This document shows, one piece after another, positions 20,901 to 31,162 of a DNA stretch of 64,000 bases. A program made the translations under genes and the position numbers. The number at the start of each line of letters is the position of its first letter. Within the stretch, counting starts at the first letter, position 1. The DNA lies in the NCBI GenBank assembly GCA_000004985.1, contig GG738931.1; one strand, 5' to 3'. The notes under the pieces were generated by a model. It made no database searches. It was not told the origin of the DNA and saw only the letters and a list, made by a program, of their open reading frames with translations. The DNA is from Naegleria gruberi (taxonomy: Eukaryota).

Positions 20901-21973
20901 AGATCCTCATCTTTTTCTAGTCTATTCAAAATAAAGTCCTGGTGTTCCACATCAATCCACATCTTATTTGGATTATACTTGTTTTTTGGAGTGACGAGGA
21001 TAGTCTCGTGATTTTCAAAGTGTTTTGGATATCTTTTTTTCTTAGGTTTGTTCTTTTCGTTCAAGTATTCACATAAGATTGATTTTCCCTTGTCAATAAT
21101 CTCGTTCATTGGCAGAATTTCAATTTCTTGTTTACCACTGTTTGTTGTGAATTTACTCTTGGATTTTCCTTCATTATCATCCATTACTACAATATATTTT
21201 ACAAAGTCCAATTGTTTTGTAATGCTGATGAAAAAATCGAGCATTTCTAAAGTACAAACGACAACCTGACTATCGGTCAGTTCAACAATATGTTTCGTCT
21301 CATCAAAAGTTTGGGCAAAGTGAATAGGAGCAGCCACAAATCCCTTGAAGAAACAAGCATAATCACACAAGTACCAATATAAATTATTCTTTCCACAAAT
21401 GGATACAAATTGTCTCTTATTTTCCTCCCTCAAAGGTTTTAAAATTTCATCCAGTCCAACAGCAATACAACAAACCAAGTGGAATACTTGTTCATATCGA
21501 AGCCAATGATAAGGTCCGTCATCCTCTTTCAATATTCCAAAGCAAGGATTCATTGAATTTTCAATAAAACTCCGAAACAGTGTACTATTGACACGATCGG
21601 CCTCTGATCTTTGTTTGATTTCATGATAGTGATATTTTGTTGGTACAAAATATTCAAGATCCTCACAAAATGTTTCCAACCAGAGTTCTCTTTCCTTTTC
21701 TTCTGGTGTTTTTTCCTCATTGTCAACTTGTTGATGATTAGGAGATGCATTCTTCCTTCTCTTCTTACATTTATCCCAACACCAATCGTAACACTTCTCG
21801 CACAAATCAGTTCCCTTGTCATTGGTATTGGTATATCGGATTGTGTTTTCAATAACACCCAAACACATATTACAAATCCATCGATATGAAACCGATGTGA
21901 CGGTGAAGTTGGTTGGTTTTTCCTCCACTTGCAGTTTTCCACGAGAGAATAGGGAGGTGATCTTGTTGAGCAT
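17999..21973 (-). CDS. NRPS-like adenylation-carrier-reductase enzyme (carboxylic acid reductase / Lys2-like; AMP-binding + PP-binding + NAD_binding_4), with an N-terminal Cys-rich zinc-finger-like segment
   Basis: AMP-binding core LVFTSGSTGQPKG and GFGMSEAGG. Carrier-protein Ser in IDSLHAVKFSG. Reductase Rossmann motif ILLTGSTGFLGAFIL. N-terminal CNMCLG...CEKCYDWCWDKC. Confidence 0.8.
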   Translation of the reverse strand: MLNKITSLFSRGKLQVEEKPTNFTVTSVSYRWICNMCLGVIENTIRYTNTNDKGTDLCEKCYDWCWDKCKKRRKNASPNHQQVDNEEKTPEEKERELWLETFCEDLEYFVPTKYHYHEIKQRSEADRVNSTLFRSFIENSMNPCFGILKEDDGPYHWLRYEQVFHLVCCIAVGLDEILKPLREENKRQFVSICGKNNLYWYLCDYACFFKGFVAAPIHFAQTFDETKHIVELTDSQVVVCTLEMLDFFISITKQLDFVKYIVVMDDNEGKSKSKFTTNSGKQEIEILPMNEIIDKGKSILCEYLNEKNKPKKKRYPKHFENHETILVTPKNKYNPNKMWIDVEHQDFILNRLEKDEDLLSLVFTSGSTGQPKGIMVSDKSLRREMHGFRAENPKVQFSFCPLAHMSDRKHTLLAMCDGARVGIFTRDFVHIFEDIQKVKPTVIASTPRLYNVLYDEYKKVYELEKTSWLSGISNQNEDRPKTERELEERVMKDFRNMLGGRLQSIIIGGASSSPQVREFLGKCFNCFVSDGFGMSEAGGIMNDNRLHSSVEYKLVDVPDMNYFTNDKPYPRGELCVKTKTMFIGYYKNEELTKNALDEEGWLHTNDIVEELGPRHIRIIDRLKNIFKLSQGEFIAPAKIEDALTTSKFIFQAFIYGNVSKSYLVGVIVPNQTVLKQFAIKEGLINSSSEELLSDSEKDLLKTNEKVKKVLCEEIEKVSVNCSLLPYEVPKDFIIEFESFSEKNDLLTSSMKVKRFGCEMKYKEELEALYEHLESINKRKLDEDLIRELLLNSQTGSAESDGNMKIIDSLHAVKFSGIMKQKYNIDVPLSLIFSQTDRNVDSVVSRVSDFVTKNQHDDVATVNSSHDWKKDILLPEDVLNDIIDLTSRGNTQFKKIADLKKGILLTGSTGFLGAFILRDLLEALEKAEENVKVYCIVREKNHQDDVFMRVKENLVEFKLWNDKYEKRISVVKGNLGDDNLGLTEEEFKKLAENIDIIYHNGAYVNSVMSYPQLFSSNTGSTLSLLKLACLSSKLNIQSGDSTLAPIVFVSTVGVLQSGLSLFGIPTSTSGISNKKDITDLINNHMDQVMRQLKPIIERANGYSSTKFVAEQYIQQARLLGYPGAIFRPGMIGSDTVNGVSNLIDWVNRLVMGCFEMNCFPKTNRTLNIVPVDIISRVIVQLTQNENAFVTDLHENPNYFIFELANLDKFVIHIDDLLSIAATTEAKLLKKEPMQNVTYQKWKQILNERNTKEENEMLLRLATLFKSDYEFPGSGDRLTNSHVHKVIQALSKLEDSECKALIPFKNLDQSYLAKQATFLVNSKTCH

Positions 21974-22110
21974 TTTTTTATGAAGATGAAAGTTTGTGAT
22001 TGTTGATGGCTCAAGGATGAACCAGATAATGTGTTATTGTGTTAATTTTGTGATTAGTATTGCCATCATGTAATACTAATATTATTGAGTTTAAATTTGA
22101 GTTGAATAAA

Positions 22111-23616
22111 TTAAAGAATCCACATGAAGAGAATCAAACAAGTGGAGACAACAAGTGTTGTCCAAAAGATACTCGACAATGAGTACAGATACTTCTTAAA
22201 GGTGTGATTCAATCCATATACTTCCTGAATGAATGTGCTTACGGTTGTGAGGGAGCCACAAAATCCAACCGAGAATGCATCAATCCAATAAACAGCAACA
22301 CCAGAGGTGAAACCTGAAACGTAGGCAGTACCTTGTAAAATAACCAAGATTAGAGAGCCAATGATATTGACAGCAAGTGTGAAAATTGGCATTTGGAATC
22401 TTTCAACAGCTTTAAATGTAATATTTAGCTTGCAAATTAAATATCTCAATAAACAGCCAAGAGGAGCAACGAGGAGAGTGAGGCAAAGACTTTGATCCAA
22501 TGATTTTGAAACGTTCATAGCACCAAGCAGAACAATAAAAACTGAAATGACAGCCATCAAAACTACAAACAAATCAACAGCCATTTTGATTGCTGTTCTT
22601 GATTTCCATTTGGCATTTCTAATTTGTTGATACTCTTCCAGTAATTTTCTTTTGAATAATTCTCCATTACTCTCGGCAATATATTTAATTTCACCTTCTT
22701 CCAAGAGAATCTTTCTCTGATCCTCATTTGGAATTGGTTCTACAATATCTACATCTTCAGCCAATCCAGAAGCAACACTCGAAGATGCAATTGAATTAAC
22801 ACTATTTTGACTTGTCATTGTGACCTGTTGTGGCGCCTTTGCATTTCCAAATTTCTTCCTCAAAACAGGAATCACAAAACTCAAAATTGCATTTGTAATA
22901 TCCTTCGCAATTACAAATGCAAAATAACAAGTTGTAAAACCAACTACTTGCTTACTCACAAACGACAAGACATCTCCCTTCATTAAACTAATTGCAGCAT
23001 TCACTTGCCAACTTGAAAATGTTGTAATGCATCCACACATCCCAGTCGATAGTCCAGTATATATCCTCTTCTCAAACGACAATGTTCCATGAAAAACTCT
23101 ATGCAGAAACAACTTGACCATTCTCTTCTTTGATTCCTCCATTCCTTCCAAAGATATTGCTGATGAATTATTACTCTTCACCATAATAGGAGTATTACTT
23201 TCACTACTACTACCATTATTATTATTATTAGTAACCTTATTCTTTTCCAATTCAACTAACAAGGCCTTCTCCTTCTCCTTCAACTCTTCCAAAGGCTTTT
23301 TAATAAAGTGCAAATGAATGACCATTAAAACTCCCATGATGAAGCAACCCACAATATTTGCATACAAATCGGAGAAGAATAAATCATCAATGGATTGAAC
23401 GATATTACCATTGGATGATGTCGATGGATTCATAATATTGTTATTATTGCTATTATTATTGGAGGAGGAGAGGGAAGGCTTGTAGAGAGTGTCGGAGAGA
23501 AGAATTCGAATTAAAACACCAATCATGCAGAATACGATGAGGTAGGCAATGTAGAGTAAATGTTTGGATAAATTGATGGCAAATTTGAAATTTTCTTTGA
23601 GTAGTTGCATTGTCAT
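22111..23616 (-). CDS. Fluoride export protein (eukaryotic two-domain CrcB/FEX family)
   Basis: Two CrcB-type motifs: GMCGCITTFSSW and GFCGSLTTVSTF (compare bacterial GFCGGLTTFSTF). Multiple TM segments. A poly-N/S insert lies between the domains. Confidence 0.8.
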   Translation of the reverse strand: MTMQLLKENFKFAINLSKHLLYIAYLIVFCMIGVLIRILLSDTLYKPSLSSSNNNSNNNNIMNPSTSSNGNIVQSIDDLFFSDLYANIVGCFIMGVLMVIHLHFIKKPLEELKEKEKALLVELEKNKVTNNNNNGSSSESNTPIMVKSNNSSAISLEGMEESKKRMVKLFLHRVFHGTLSFEKRIYTGLSTGMCGCITTFSSWQVNAAISLMKGDVLSFVSKQVVGFTTCYFAFVIAKDITNAILSFVIPVLRKKFGNAKAPQQVTMTSQNSVNSIASSSVASGLAEDVDIVEPIPNEDQRKILLEEGEIKYIAESNGELFKRKLLEEYQQIRNAKWKSRTAIKMAVDLFVVLMAVISVFIVLLGAMNVSKSLDQSLCLTLLVAPLGCLLRYLICKLNITFKAVERFQMPIFTLAVNIIGSLILVILQGTAYVSGFTSGVAVYWIDAFSVGFCGSLTTVSTFIQEVYGLNHTFKKYLYSLSSIFWTTLVVSTCLILFMWIL

Positions 23617-23879
23617 TTTTTTTAAATTTTGTGTTAATTAATTAACTTAAATATTAAATACACAATATTATTAAATATTGTAAACAGTCAAGTCATGAAA
23701 TCTGCATTTATTTTTCCTTAATAAACTTTGTAATCAAACATTAACATCTCTCTTTGCTCTTCCAAGTTCAACACGAACATCACCGAACCAAGTTCTTAAT
23801 TGACCAAAAAAACAACTTTCAATACTTACTGTATCGAGAACTTCCTCAAACACATCAAACATAACACACAAGAAAAAAA

Positions 23880-25007
23880 ATGGCTCCAAAACGCATCACA
23901 CAATTCTCATCACTTCCCTACGAAATTTATCAACACATTTTATCGTTCGGAGTGAGTGATTCCGAATTATTGCTGAAAAAGAATTTTTCGAGTGGGAGTA
24001 GTGAAATTCAATCCTGTGTACGATATGTGGCTAATTTTCAATCATTGAATAGGAAGATTGCTAGTATGCCAGAGATGGAACGATATTTTGATAGATTTTG
24101 GTGGAATGTTTGGGAGATTTGGTTTGGAATTAATCCATCTTTGGAGAAGGAGTTTAGTTTATTGAGGGAGGAAATGATTCTAAAGAGAGAATTGAAGAGG
24201 AAAGTGCTGATGGCTGCATTTATAAAGTTTCACATTTGGAGAAGAATTAAAAATTTGAATGGAATTGATGAAACTAAAGTGGTAATGATTGGAAAGGGAG
24301 GAGTAGGTAAGAATTTAATAATTTTCTGTTAATAGGTTAATTATTTTGAAATAGGAAAGTCTGCAATGACAGTGAAATATATACAAGATTTCTTTATTGA
24401 ACAATATGATCCAACAATAGAGGGTGTTTATAGAAAACAATTGTTGGTTGATGGTTTTCCTACATTATTTGAAGTTTTGGACTCGGCTGAACATGAATAC
24501 AGTGTAAGTTCTTTAGAATAATGCCATTCTAAACTAATTAAATTTATCAAGTCCGCGAGAGATCATCATATGAGATATGGAGAGTGTTTCGTTCTTGTTT
24601 GTGATTTGGCAGATATTAATTCAGTGGAAGAAGCCGAACCACTTGTAGAACAATTAGTAAGAGTTAAGGACTTTGAGGAAAATAGCTTTCCAGTAGTATT
24701 TGCCTTAAATAAGGTCGATTTACTGAATGAAACAGATCGACCAATCACCATTGAGAAATTTACTAACCAAATTGCTACCCTCATTAAACAAACTCAATTG
24801 ACCAATACTTTCATTATTGAAACAAGTGCCAAGACGGGAGAAAACATTACTCGAGTATATGAAGAATGTGCAAGACTAAAGAGATATGGATCAGTTGATA
24901 ATCTAACACTCCTGAAAGAGGTTATTCAACACGATTCTGCATTCATTGAAACTTGTAAAAAGCAGAGAAAGTTGATGAAACAATCGAAAAATTGTTCTGT
25001 AATGTAA
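23880..25007 (+). CDS. Divergent Ras-like GTPase with an N-terminal F-box-like extension; 3 exons (introns ~24307..24353 and ~24506..24553)
   Basis: Exon 1 ends with the P-loop VVMIGKGGVGK. Exon 2 (KSAMTVKYIQDFFIEQYDPTIEGVYRKQLLVDGFPTLFEVLDSAEHEYS) aligns to Ras switch I/II, but the DTAGQ motif is DSAEH. Exon 3 (FVLVCD...VVFALNKVDL) carries the NKxD motif. Both introns start GTAAG. Confidence 0.6.
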
Positions 25008-25053
25008 AAATGTTGCTTAATAAAATTGTAGATATATATTTGTTTCGAATAAT

Positions 25054-26412
25054 TTATGAGATTTCAATCATGAATAGGTATTGCAAAGAAGAAATGGTAC
25101 GCTCCTCACTTACTATTTCCCTTTCAACTAGGGTGGGATTTTGAGATTTTGTTCCAATTGACCTAATCACAAAATCATACCATTTAAACGGTTTGAAATT
25201 GGATTTCTTTTGAGATGTTTGTTTGACATTCAGCTCATTGAAAATATCAAAATCTTTTACCATTTTCACGAAAGAAAATTCTCCTTTTTGCAATCTTCTA
25301 AACATTCTTTCATCAACATGGCTCAATAAAGTACCAATTCGATTCTTATACTCCACAACTATGGAATTTTTCTCAAAAATCTCCAATTGATTCGTATAAT
25401 TAACTTGATGCCATGTTGCATCAGCAAGTCCAAATCTTTTTGCAATTTTCAAAATATTCCAAAATATAAATTGTAAAATATTCATCTTTTTCTTTTCATT
25501 TCCAATAAGAGTTAAAACATTTGATGGAATTTGCAATTTTTCATTCATTGGAATGAAATAATTTCCAAATAATAATTCGATTCTTTCCCAATTTGGAAAA
25601 TTGTTATTCTTAGGATCGAATATTGCATAATGGAATAGATCTCCTCTTTTAATCCAAGATAAATCAACTCCCAATGTTAGTGAGCAGTTCATTAAATAAT
25701 TATTGGCCTTTCTAATAGAATTAATCTTTCTCTTTTTCGGATACAACAATCCACACATAGAATCATACGTATAACTAAAGCAATTATCTGTTCTCTTTAC
25801 CAAAACTTGATTATTGTAAATGGAATTCAAAACTAAATGATACGGAACTTGAATTTGAAGATTTTTCGAACAAAACAAGAGATGAATTTGTGAGATTCCA
25901 ATAGATTTCAAATTTTCTGCATAATTATTCAAAGGTTCTTGTAATCTGTGCAATCCAATCAGAGACAGAGTGATGCAGTATTTCTGAGTCAATTTTGAAA
26001 TTGTTAATTTTCGAATATAATTATCCGAAATTATTTCTGCTTTAGTATTCAACTTTGCATGATTAGTTTCAATGACTAACCATTCCAAATTATCAAGATA
26101 ATAAAATCTTTTCAACATTTCAATAGCAGATTTCGAATTTTCCAAATACGAATTTGTTCGAAACTTGATCCAATCCTCCTTTTCCACAAGTTTAAAGTCA
26201 TCAAATTCTACCTCCTTTTTAACTAAATCAGTTCCGAAATAACCATATACTGTTGGTATTTTCGAATTACGAAACCTTTCCACTAACACTTGTTTCTGCA
26301 TTCTTTCAATCTTTTCGAAACAAACCGAATTTATTCTCTTAAATTTCCGCTGATAGAAATAGGGAAGAAATGACACAATCTCACACAATAAATCCTCATT
26401 GATTTGACGCAT
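25054..26412 (-). CDS. Hypothetical protein with an F-box-like N-terminus (an alternative upstream ATG at 26466 is possible)
   Basis: Continuous ORF. The second ATG has an A-run context. INEDLLCEIVSFLPYFYQRKFKRINSVCFEKI resembles an F-box. Confidence 0.45.
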   Translation of the reverse strand: MRQINEDLLCEIVSFLPYFYQRKFKRINSVCFEKIERMQKQVLVERFRNSKIPTVYGYFGTDLVKKEVEFDDFKLVEKEDWIKFRTNSYLENSKSAIEMLKRFYYLDNLEWLVIETNHAKLNTKAEIISDNYIRKLTISKLTQKYCITLSLIGLHRLQEPLNNYAENLKSIGISQIHLLFCSKNLQIQVPYHLVLNSIYNNQVLVKRTDNCFSYTYDSMCGLLYPKKRKINSIRKANNYLMNCSLTLGVDLSWIKRGDLFHYAIFDPKNNNFPNWERIELLFGNYFIPMNEKLQIPSNVLTLIGNEKKKMNILQFIFWNILKIAKRFGLADATWHQVNYTNQLEIFEKNSIVVEYKNRIGTLLSHVDERMFRRLQKGEFSFVKMVKDFDIFNELNVKQTSQKKSNFKPFKWYDFVIRSIGTKSQNPTLVEREIVSEERTISSLQYLFMIEIS

Positions 26413-26645
26413 TTTTTTTTTATTTATTGTTAAATTTTGATCAATTCTGAAATGCTTGAATTTCATTGTAAAACAATTACAAAAGATTTTTTCACTGTAT
26501 TCTTGATCATGATTGGATAATCAAGTTCAGTGAATTTCCGAATACAATTACTAGGGAATAAATAATTCGATCTTTCATTAAGCTTCACTAAATTTCCTTA
26601 TTTACAAGTAGAGGAAATATAGTTAATAAGGAAAGTAATTTTTAT

Positions 26646-28090
26646 TTAAACCTTAATAAGAGAAGCAGATACAGTAGAAGCTTGATTGAGTCCACTGATA
26701 GCATACAATGTATGCCAACAATTGCTAGCTGGCCAAGTGAATACGAAACTTTGTCCATTATTAAGAGCTCCACTATTGATTACCTTTGTAGAATTATTAC
26801 AATCCAAATTGAATGAAAGACGCAATTGACCACCTCCTGTTGTAATAGCAGTGAGATTGTACGATTGACCAGCAATTGGCTTGGCCCATTTCAACTTGGC
26901 AAAACCAGTTCCATTACTATTGGTTTGAGTAACACGAGCACTCTTAGATGGGAAAACTACAGCTTGTTTGTAAGTATCAAAAACTCCCAAAGCATCACCA
27001 GATTGCAATGTCCATGGTCCTCTCATTGACAACAAGTTTTGATTTTGTGTAAAAGTAACTGGTTGACCATCACCATTCAACCAACTGGAGGCACTAACAA
27101 GAGGACGTAAAGCAGCTCTAATAGTTTGCAATTCACTGGCTGCGGTGTTACTCCAACCACCAGGAGGATGCAATGAGTAATTGGCTCCAATTTCAACATA
27201 GATTGCATATGGAGTTCCATAATTTCTATCCACAACTCTGGCTCCATAAGTTTTCAAAGTTTCGGCAACTTTTCTAAGCTTTTGAGTGGTCAACTTGGAA
27301 ACATTGAATGAGGAAGGGAGCATTAACAAACTACCTTCTGGAATTGCTCCAGAATTGGTTGTGGCAGCATCACTATCTGCAGAGGTGGCTGGGAAAACAT
27401 AAGTATTACTTCCATTAGCAAGAGCATTGTAAGTTAGGGATAAAGCCAATGCATGTCTGTACATGATATCACCATCATCAACTTCGTGCTTTCTAATAAT
27501 TCCTGCAGAGCTGACGATACCAACGGCACGAGCACCCTGATAGTAATGAGCTGGATCACCCCAACCAGTTCCATCCAAAGCAGCCCATCCATAGAGAGTA
27601 GCTCTCCAAACACCTGTTACATTCTTGAGTTGCCAGAATGAGTGAATAACCTTTGCAATTGGATCCTACAAAAAAAAATATTCGAAAGTTCAATATGTTA
27701 AATATGACAAGAAAAACTTACAAAAATTTCACAATGTCCATCAGATCCAGTTGCTGGAACTGTATTAGCTGGCCAACGTGGAATTACCATACTAGTAACA
27801 GATCCACCAATATCAACATTCTGAATACCAACAGTTGCTGAAGGTCCGTAAATGGTCATTGGTTGATCAGTTGCTGAGGCAATAAAGACACCAGTTGAGT
27901 AAGCACCTGCTTGGATAGCTGGGAAATAAATTGAAGTTGGAACTGTGACACCTGAAAGAATTGGGTTGACTGGACGACTATTCCACAATGAGTTGACTGA
28001 GAATGGTTTGTTGACCGTTCCCCATTGTGCTGCTACATAACTTGCAGCAGCGAGATAGCAAAGAGTAATAGCTAGGATTACTTTAAACAT
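26646..28090 (-). CDS. Secreted protein, 2 exons (exon 1 27722..28090, intron 27666..27721, exon 2 26646..27665); unknown family, possibly carbohydrate-active
   Basis: Signal peptide MFKVILAITLCYLAAASYVAAQ. A GTAAGT...TGTAG 56-nt intron joins the two ORFs in frame. Confidence 0.6.
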
Positions 28091-28769
28091 TTTGATTTTT
28101 TTTTGTTTCGAATAAGGTTTAGTTTGTTTAACAATGATCTTTTTAAAGGGTTTGGTTTGTTACAGGTTCGAATAGATTACGAGACATAACAAAGCACGTT
28201 CTAGTGTGGAATGTCAACTTGAATTAAAAAGTTTAGTGTATTCACAAATCATTATTCGAATTAGTATGTTGTCAATCATTGAAGAGCTCATGATATCTCG
28301 AACGGTGAATAAAAAGCGAAAACCATACATGAATTTCGCAATGTTAAATAATCCACGGTTGTGTTGGATTCGGCAATTTGTATAAAAAAGTTGTAAACTT
28401 TGCAATTCTCTTGAAAAAGCATTTGTAAATTTATCAAACCTTATCAAAGGTTTTTCAATGAACTGGAATGTACGTAGTATGAAAAGTTGTAGTCTCCCAG
28501 TTTATAATATCACGACTACGGTAGAATATTGTAATGGTTGAATTGAATTTATTAAAATTTTAATATTCAGTAATCGGATGGTGATTTCCAAGTAAAGTAG
28601 GTTGTAACAAGATGTTTCAACGATTGTAAACTTGAATTGACTTTTGAAGAAGGTATCAAGAATTTACAAAATGATCCAAATATCAAGTTCACGAATTTAA
28701 AGAAACAACTTTCAATACTTTACAATAAATTAATTGTATTATTAATATAAATTAAAGTTCAAAAAAAAA

Positions 28770-29729
28770 ATGACACAACACCAAACCAAAGGACTTTTTC
28801 GAGTTCATCATCATTCAAATGTCATTTCTGTCTTGACACAAGTATTGTTACATTTAGATCCAATCATGAATAGATACAATAATTATAACATTAATTCACA
28901 TTCGTCTAAAATAGAAAGTGAAATGTTGCAAGCTTTTGATTCAATTGGAAGAAAAGTGTGGAATAATCAAGAATTGGAAATTGATATTTCGGAATTTTAT
29001 TCTTTTTTCTCATTGGAAACTTGGGACAAATTTATTGATCTTGAAGAAATGTTTCAATTTACAATAACAAATTGTAAACTATTGAATCAATACTTTAATA
29101 CAACTGAGAAACGAACAACCACTTTTGAAATTTGTCCTACCTGCCAAATAGATTATGGAAAGAAGGAGAATATTTCAAATTATTGTACATTTATCTATTC
29201 GAAAGATAAATGGAAACAATTTAGAGAAACTAATGAGATTTATCAAGATCCAATTCCATTCATAAAGGGATACCACTGTACAAGTTGTTATTCATTCCTT
29301 GAGATTATGCTGAAATCGACTATAATTGAAGCTCCTGAAATATTGCTCTTGAAATTACACTCTTCAATTGAGAATAACTATTTTTTATACGAATTTAATG
29401 TCCATGAACATGTTAAATTATTAGTAGACGAATCGATTGACAATTCACATCATCAGGAATATGAGCTAGTTGCCGTAGTTGACTATTATAGAGAAAGAGG
29501 AATTTATGGAGGATTTTTCAAAAATCCAATGAATAGAAGGTGGTATCAAATGAATGCTCATTCCATTGATGACTTCCCCAAACTGGTTGAAGATTTGAGT
29601 TGTATCAATTCAACCTCAAATTTTATTCTATTCTTCCAGAAAACAGTGGAAAGGAAACCAATTTATTGGAAATCTGTGTTATCCAATCGATTTGTATACT
29701 GGGACGTTTCATTTAGCTTCACTGAATAG
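28770..29729 (+). CDS. Ubiquitin C-terminal hydrolase (USP)-like protein lacking catalytic residues (pseudoprotease)
   Basis: GLFRVHHHSNVISVLTQVL aligns to the USP Cys box GLxNxGNTCYMNSVLQ with Cys replaced. YELVAVVDYYRERGIYGGFF...WYQMNAHSI aligns to the His box with His replaced. The internal CPTC...CTSC zinc ribbon is retained. Confidence 0.55.
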   Translation: MTQHQTKGLFRVHHHSNVISVLTQVLLHLDPIMNRYNNYNINSHSSKIESEMLQAFDSIGRKVWNNQELEIDISEFYSFFSLETWDKFIDLEEMFQFTITNCKLLNQYFNTTEKRTTTFEICPTCQIDYGKKENISNYCTFIYSKDKWKQFRETNEIYQDPIPFIKGYHCTSCYSFLEIMLKSTIIEAPEILLLKLHSSIENNYFLYEFNVHEHVKLLVDESIDNSHHQEYELVAVVDYYRERGIYGGFFKNPMNRRWYQMNAHSIDDFPKLVEDLSCINSTSNFILFFQKTVERKPIYWKSVLSNRFVYWDVSFSFTE

Positions 29730-29930
29730 TGTGATATTTAAAGATTAATTCCAAATTTAACTATTCATGTTTTTGTGCCGTTTCCATTTAGGAAGTAACC
29801 AAAAAGTAAATTAACCAAACATTTTCACATCTATTTAAATGTTACCATATTATCACTCCTCTGTACAAATCAATTTCAAAAAATCAAATCCATTTCGAAT
29901 CCACACAAACGAAACTATTTATTCACAAAA

Positions 29931-30263
29931 ATGCAAACCAGAAGTCATGATAAGAACCTCAATCAAGATGAGGAAAATCTCGAAGTTCGTGACATGAAGC
30001 ATGGCTATGTTGCTGGCGATTCATCAGAGACCCTACCAGGTGGTAGAGAGAAGGGACCTCGTGAACACTTTGAAGAAATCTGCCGAGATGAAAACTATGA
30101 AATTGAAAAGCATCATACCAATGTCAGAGGTGACTATACTGTCGTCTTTAAGCACAAGTATGGTGGTAAGGATCAAACTTTCCCTAATATTTCAAGAGAG
30201 AGAATTGAGAATATGCCATCAAGAGTTAAGGATGTCATCTTGAAGAAGAAGTCAATCTATTAA
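29931..30263 (+). CDS. Small charged hypothetical protein (110 aa)
   Basis: ORF with an A-rich start context and a codon composition GC-richer than the flanks. No recognisable domain. Confidence 0.35.
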   Translation: MQTRSHDKNLNQDEENLEVRDMKHGYVAGDSSETLPGGREKGPREHFEEICRDENYEIEKHHTNVRGDYTVVFKHKYGGKDQTFPNISRERIENMPSRVKDVILKKKSIY

Positions 30264-30475
30264 GGATGTGTATGACAAATCTATCATATGATTAGTTAGA
30301 ATAATATTAAAATCTTTGTATATATAAATTGTAAATAAATAATTCAAATAATTGTGAGAATTTTTTATTCTATAATTTCAAATTTGGAAAGCCAATTTGT
30401 TTTTCAAAATGTTTGATCCATTCCAAACACTGTTAATATCCATATGTCAATTCCTTGAATAATTGGCCTCCTATC

Positions 30476-31162
30476 TTATTCCTTATAAACAGCAATTGCT
30501 TCAATTTCAACTTTGGCCTTCTTTGGTAATCCAGAAGCTGCATAACAAACTCTTGCAGGCTTATTGTCACCAGAGAAATCTGAATCAATGAGAGAGTCAA
30601 TTGATCAATCAAATAGACAATGACAACAACTTACATTCACTGTAAACTTCATTCACAGCTTGGAAATCATTAATATCAGTCAATAAAACAGTTGTTTTCA
30701 CAACATCTTTCAAAGTACAACAAGACAATATATTAAATTTCACACAATTCCAATTCACATATAAAATGTTAATCATTACAAAAAGGTCAACAAAATATTA
30801 CTCACCTCACCATCAATTCCCAAACATCCACTAATATAAAAGTTACCATTTGCCTTCACACCTTGTGAATAAGGTCCAATAGCTCTCGGTGCCTTCTTTG
30901 CACTATTCACATAGACAATGGATGAATCATCAACACCTGAAGTGGAGGAAGAACTCGAAGCAGATGCCAAATTCATCTGACAACTCATGGAAAAGTAACA
31001 CTTCACCTCAGCAGAAGTACTCGTTACCATTGAATTTCCAATCATCATCTCTCCTGGGGCACTACTTGGCAAAACCTTATATGAATGAGGATTCGACCGA
31101 GTGGTGATATTCTTATATTTAGCCAATCGATTGACTTGTTTAGTAGGAACCTTTCTAAACAT
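30476..31162 (-). CDS. RidA/YjgF/L-PSP family reactive-intermediate deaminase with a presequence-like N-terminus; 3 exons
   Basis: Exon 1 ends ...ANGNFYISGCLGIDGE. The middle exon is DVVKTTVLLTDINDFQAVNEVYSE. The last exon is DSDFSGDNKPARVCYAASGLPKKAKVEIEAIAVYKE. All match RidA conserved blocks. Confidence 0.75.

Noticed and set aside
4622-21973. Many 60-130-aa ORFs antisense to or nested in the large genes (e.g. 5018..5230, 5646..6029, 18444..18638, 19182..19475, 20165..20552, 21048..21269)
   Set aside because: They are shadow ORFs inside long, well-supported coding regions, with no independent start context or domain.
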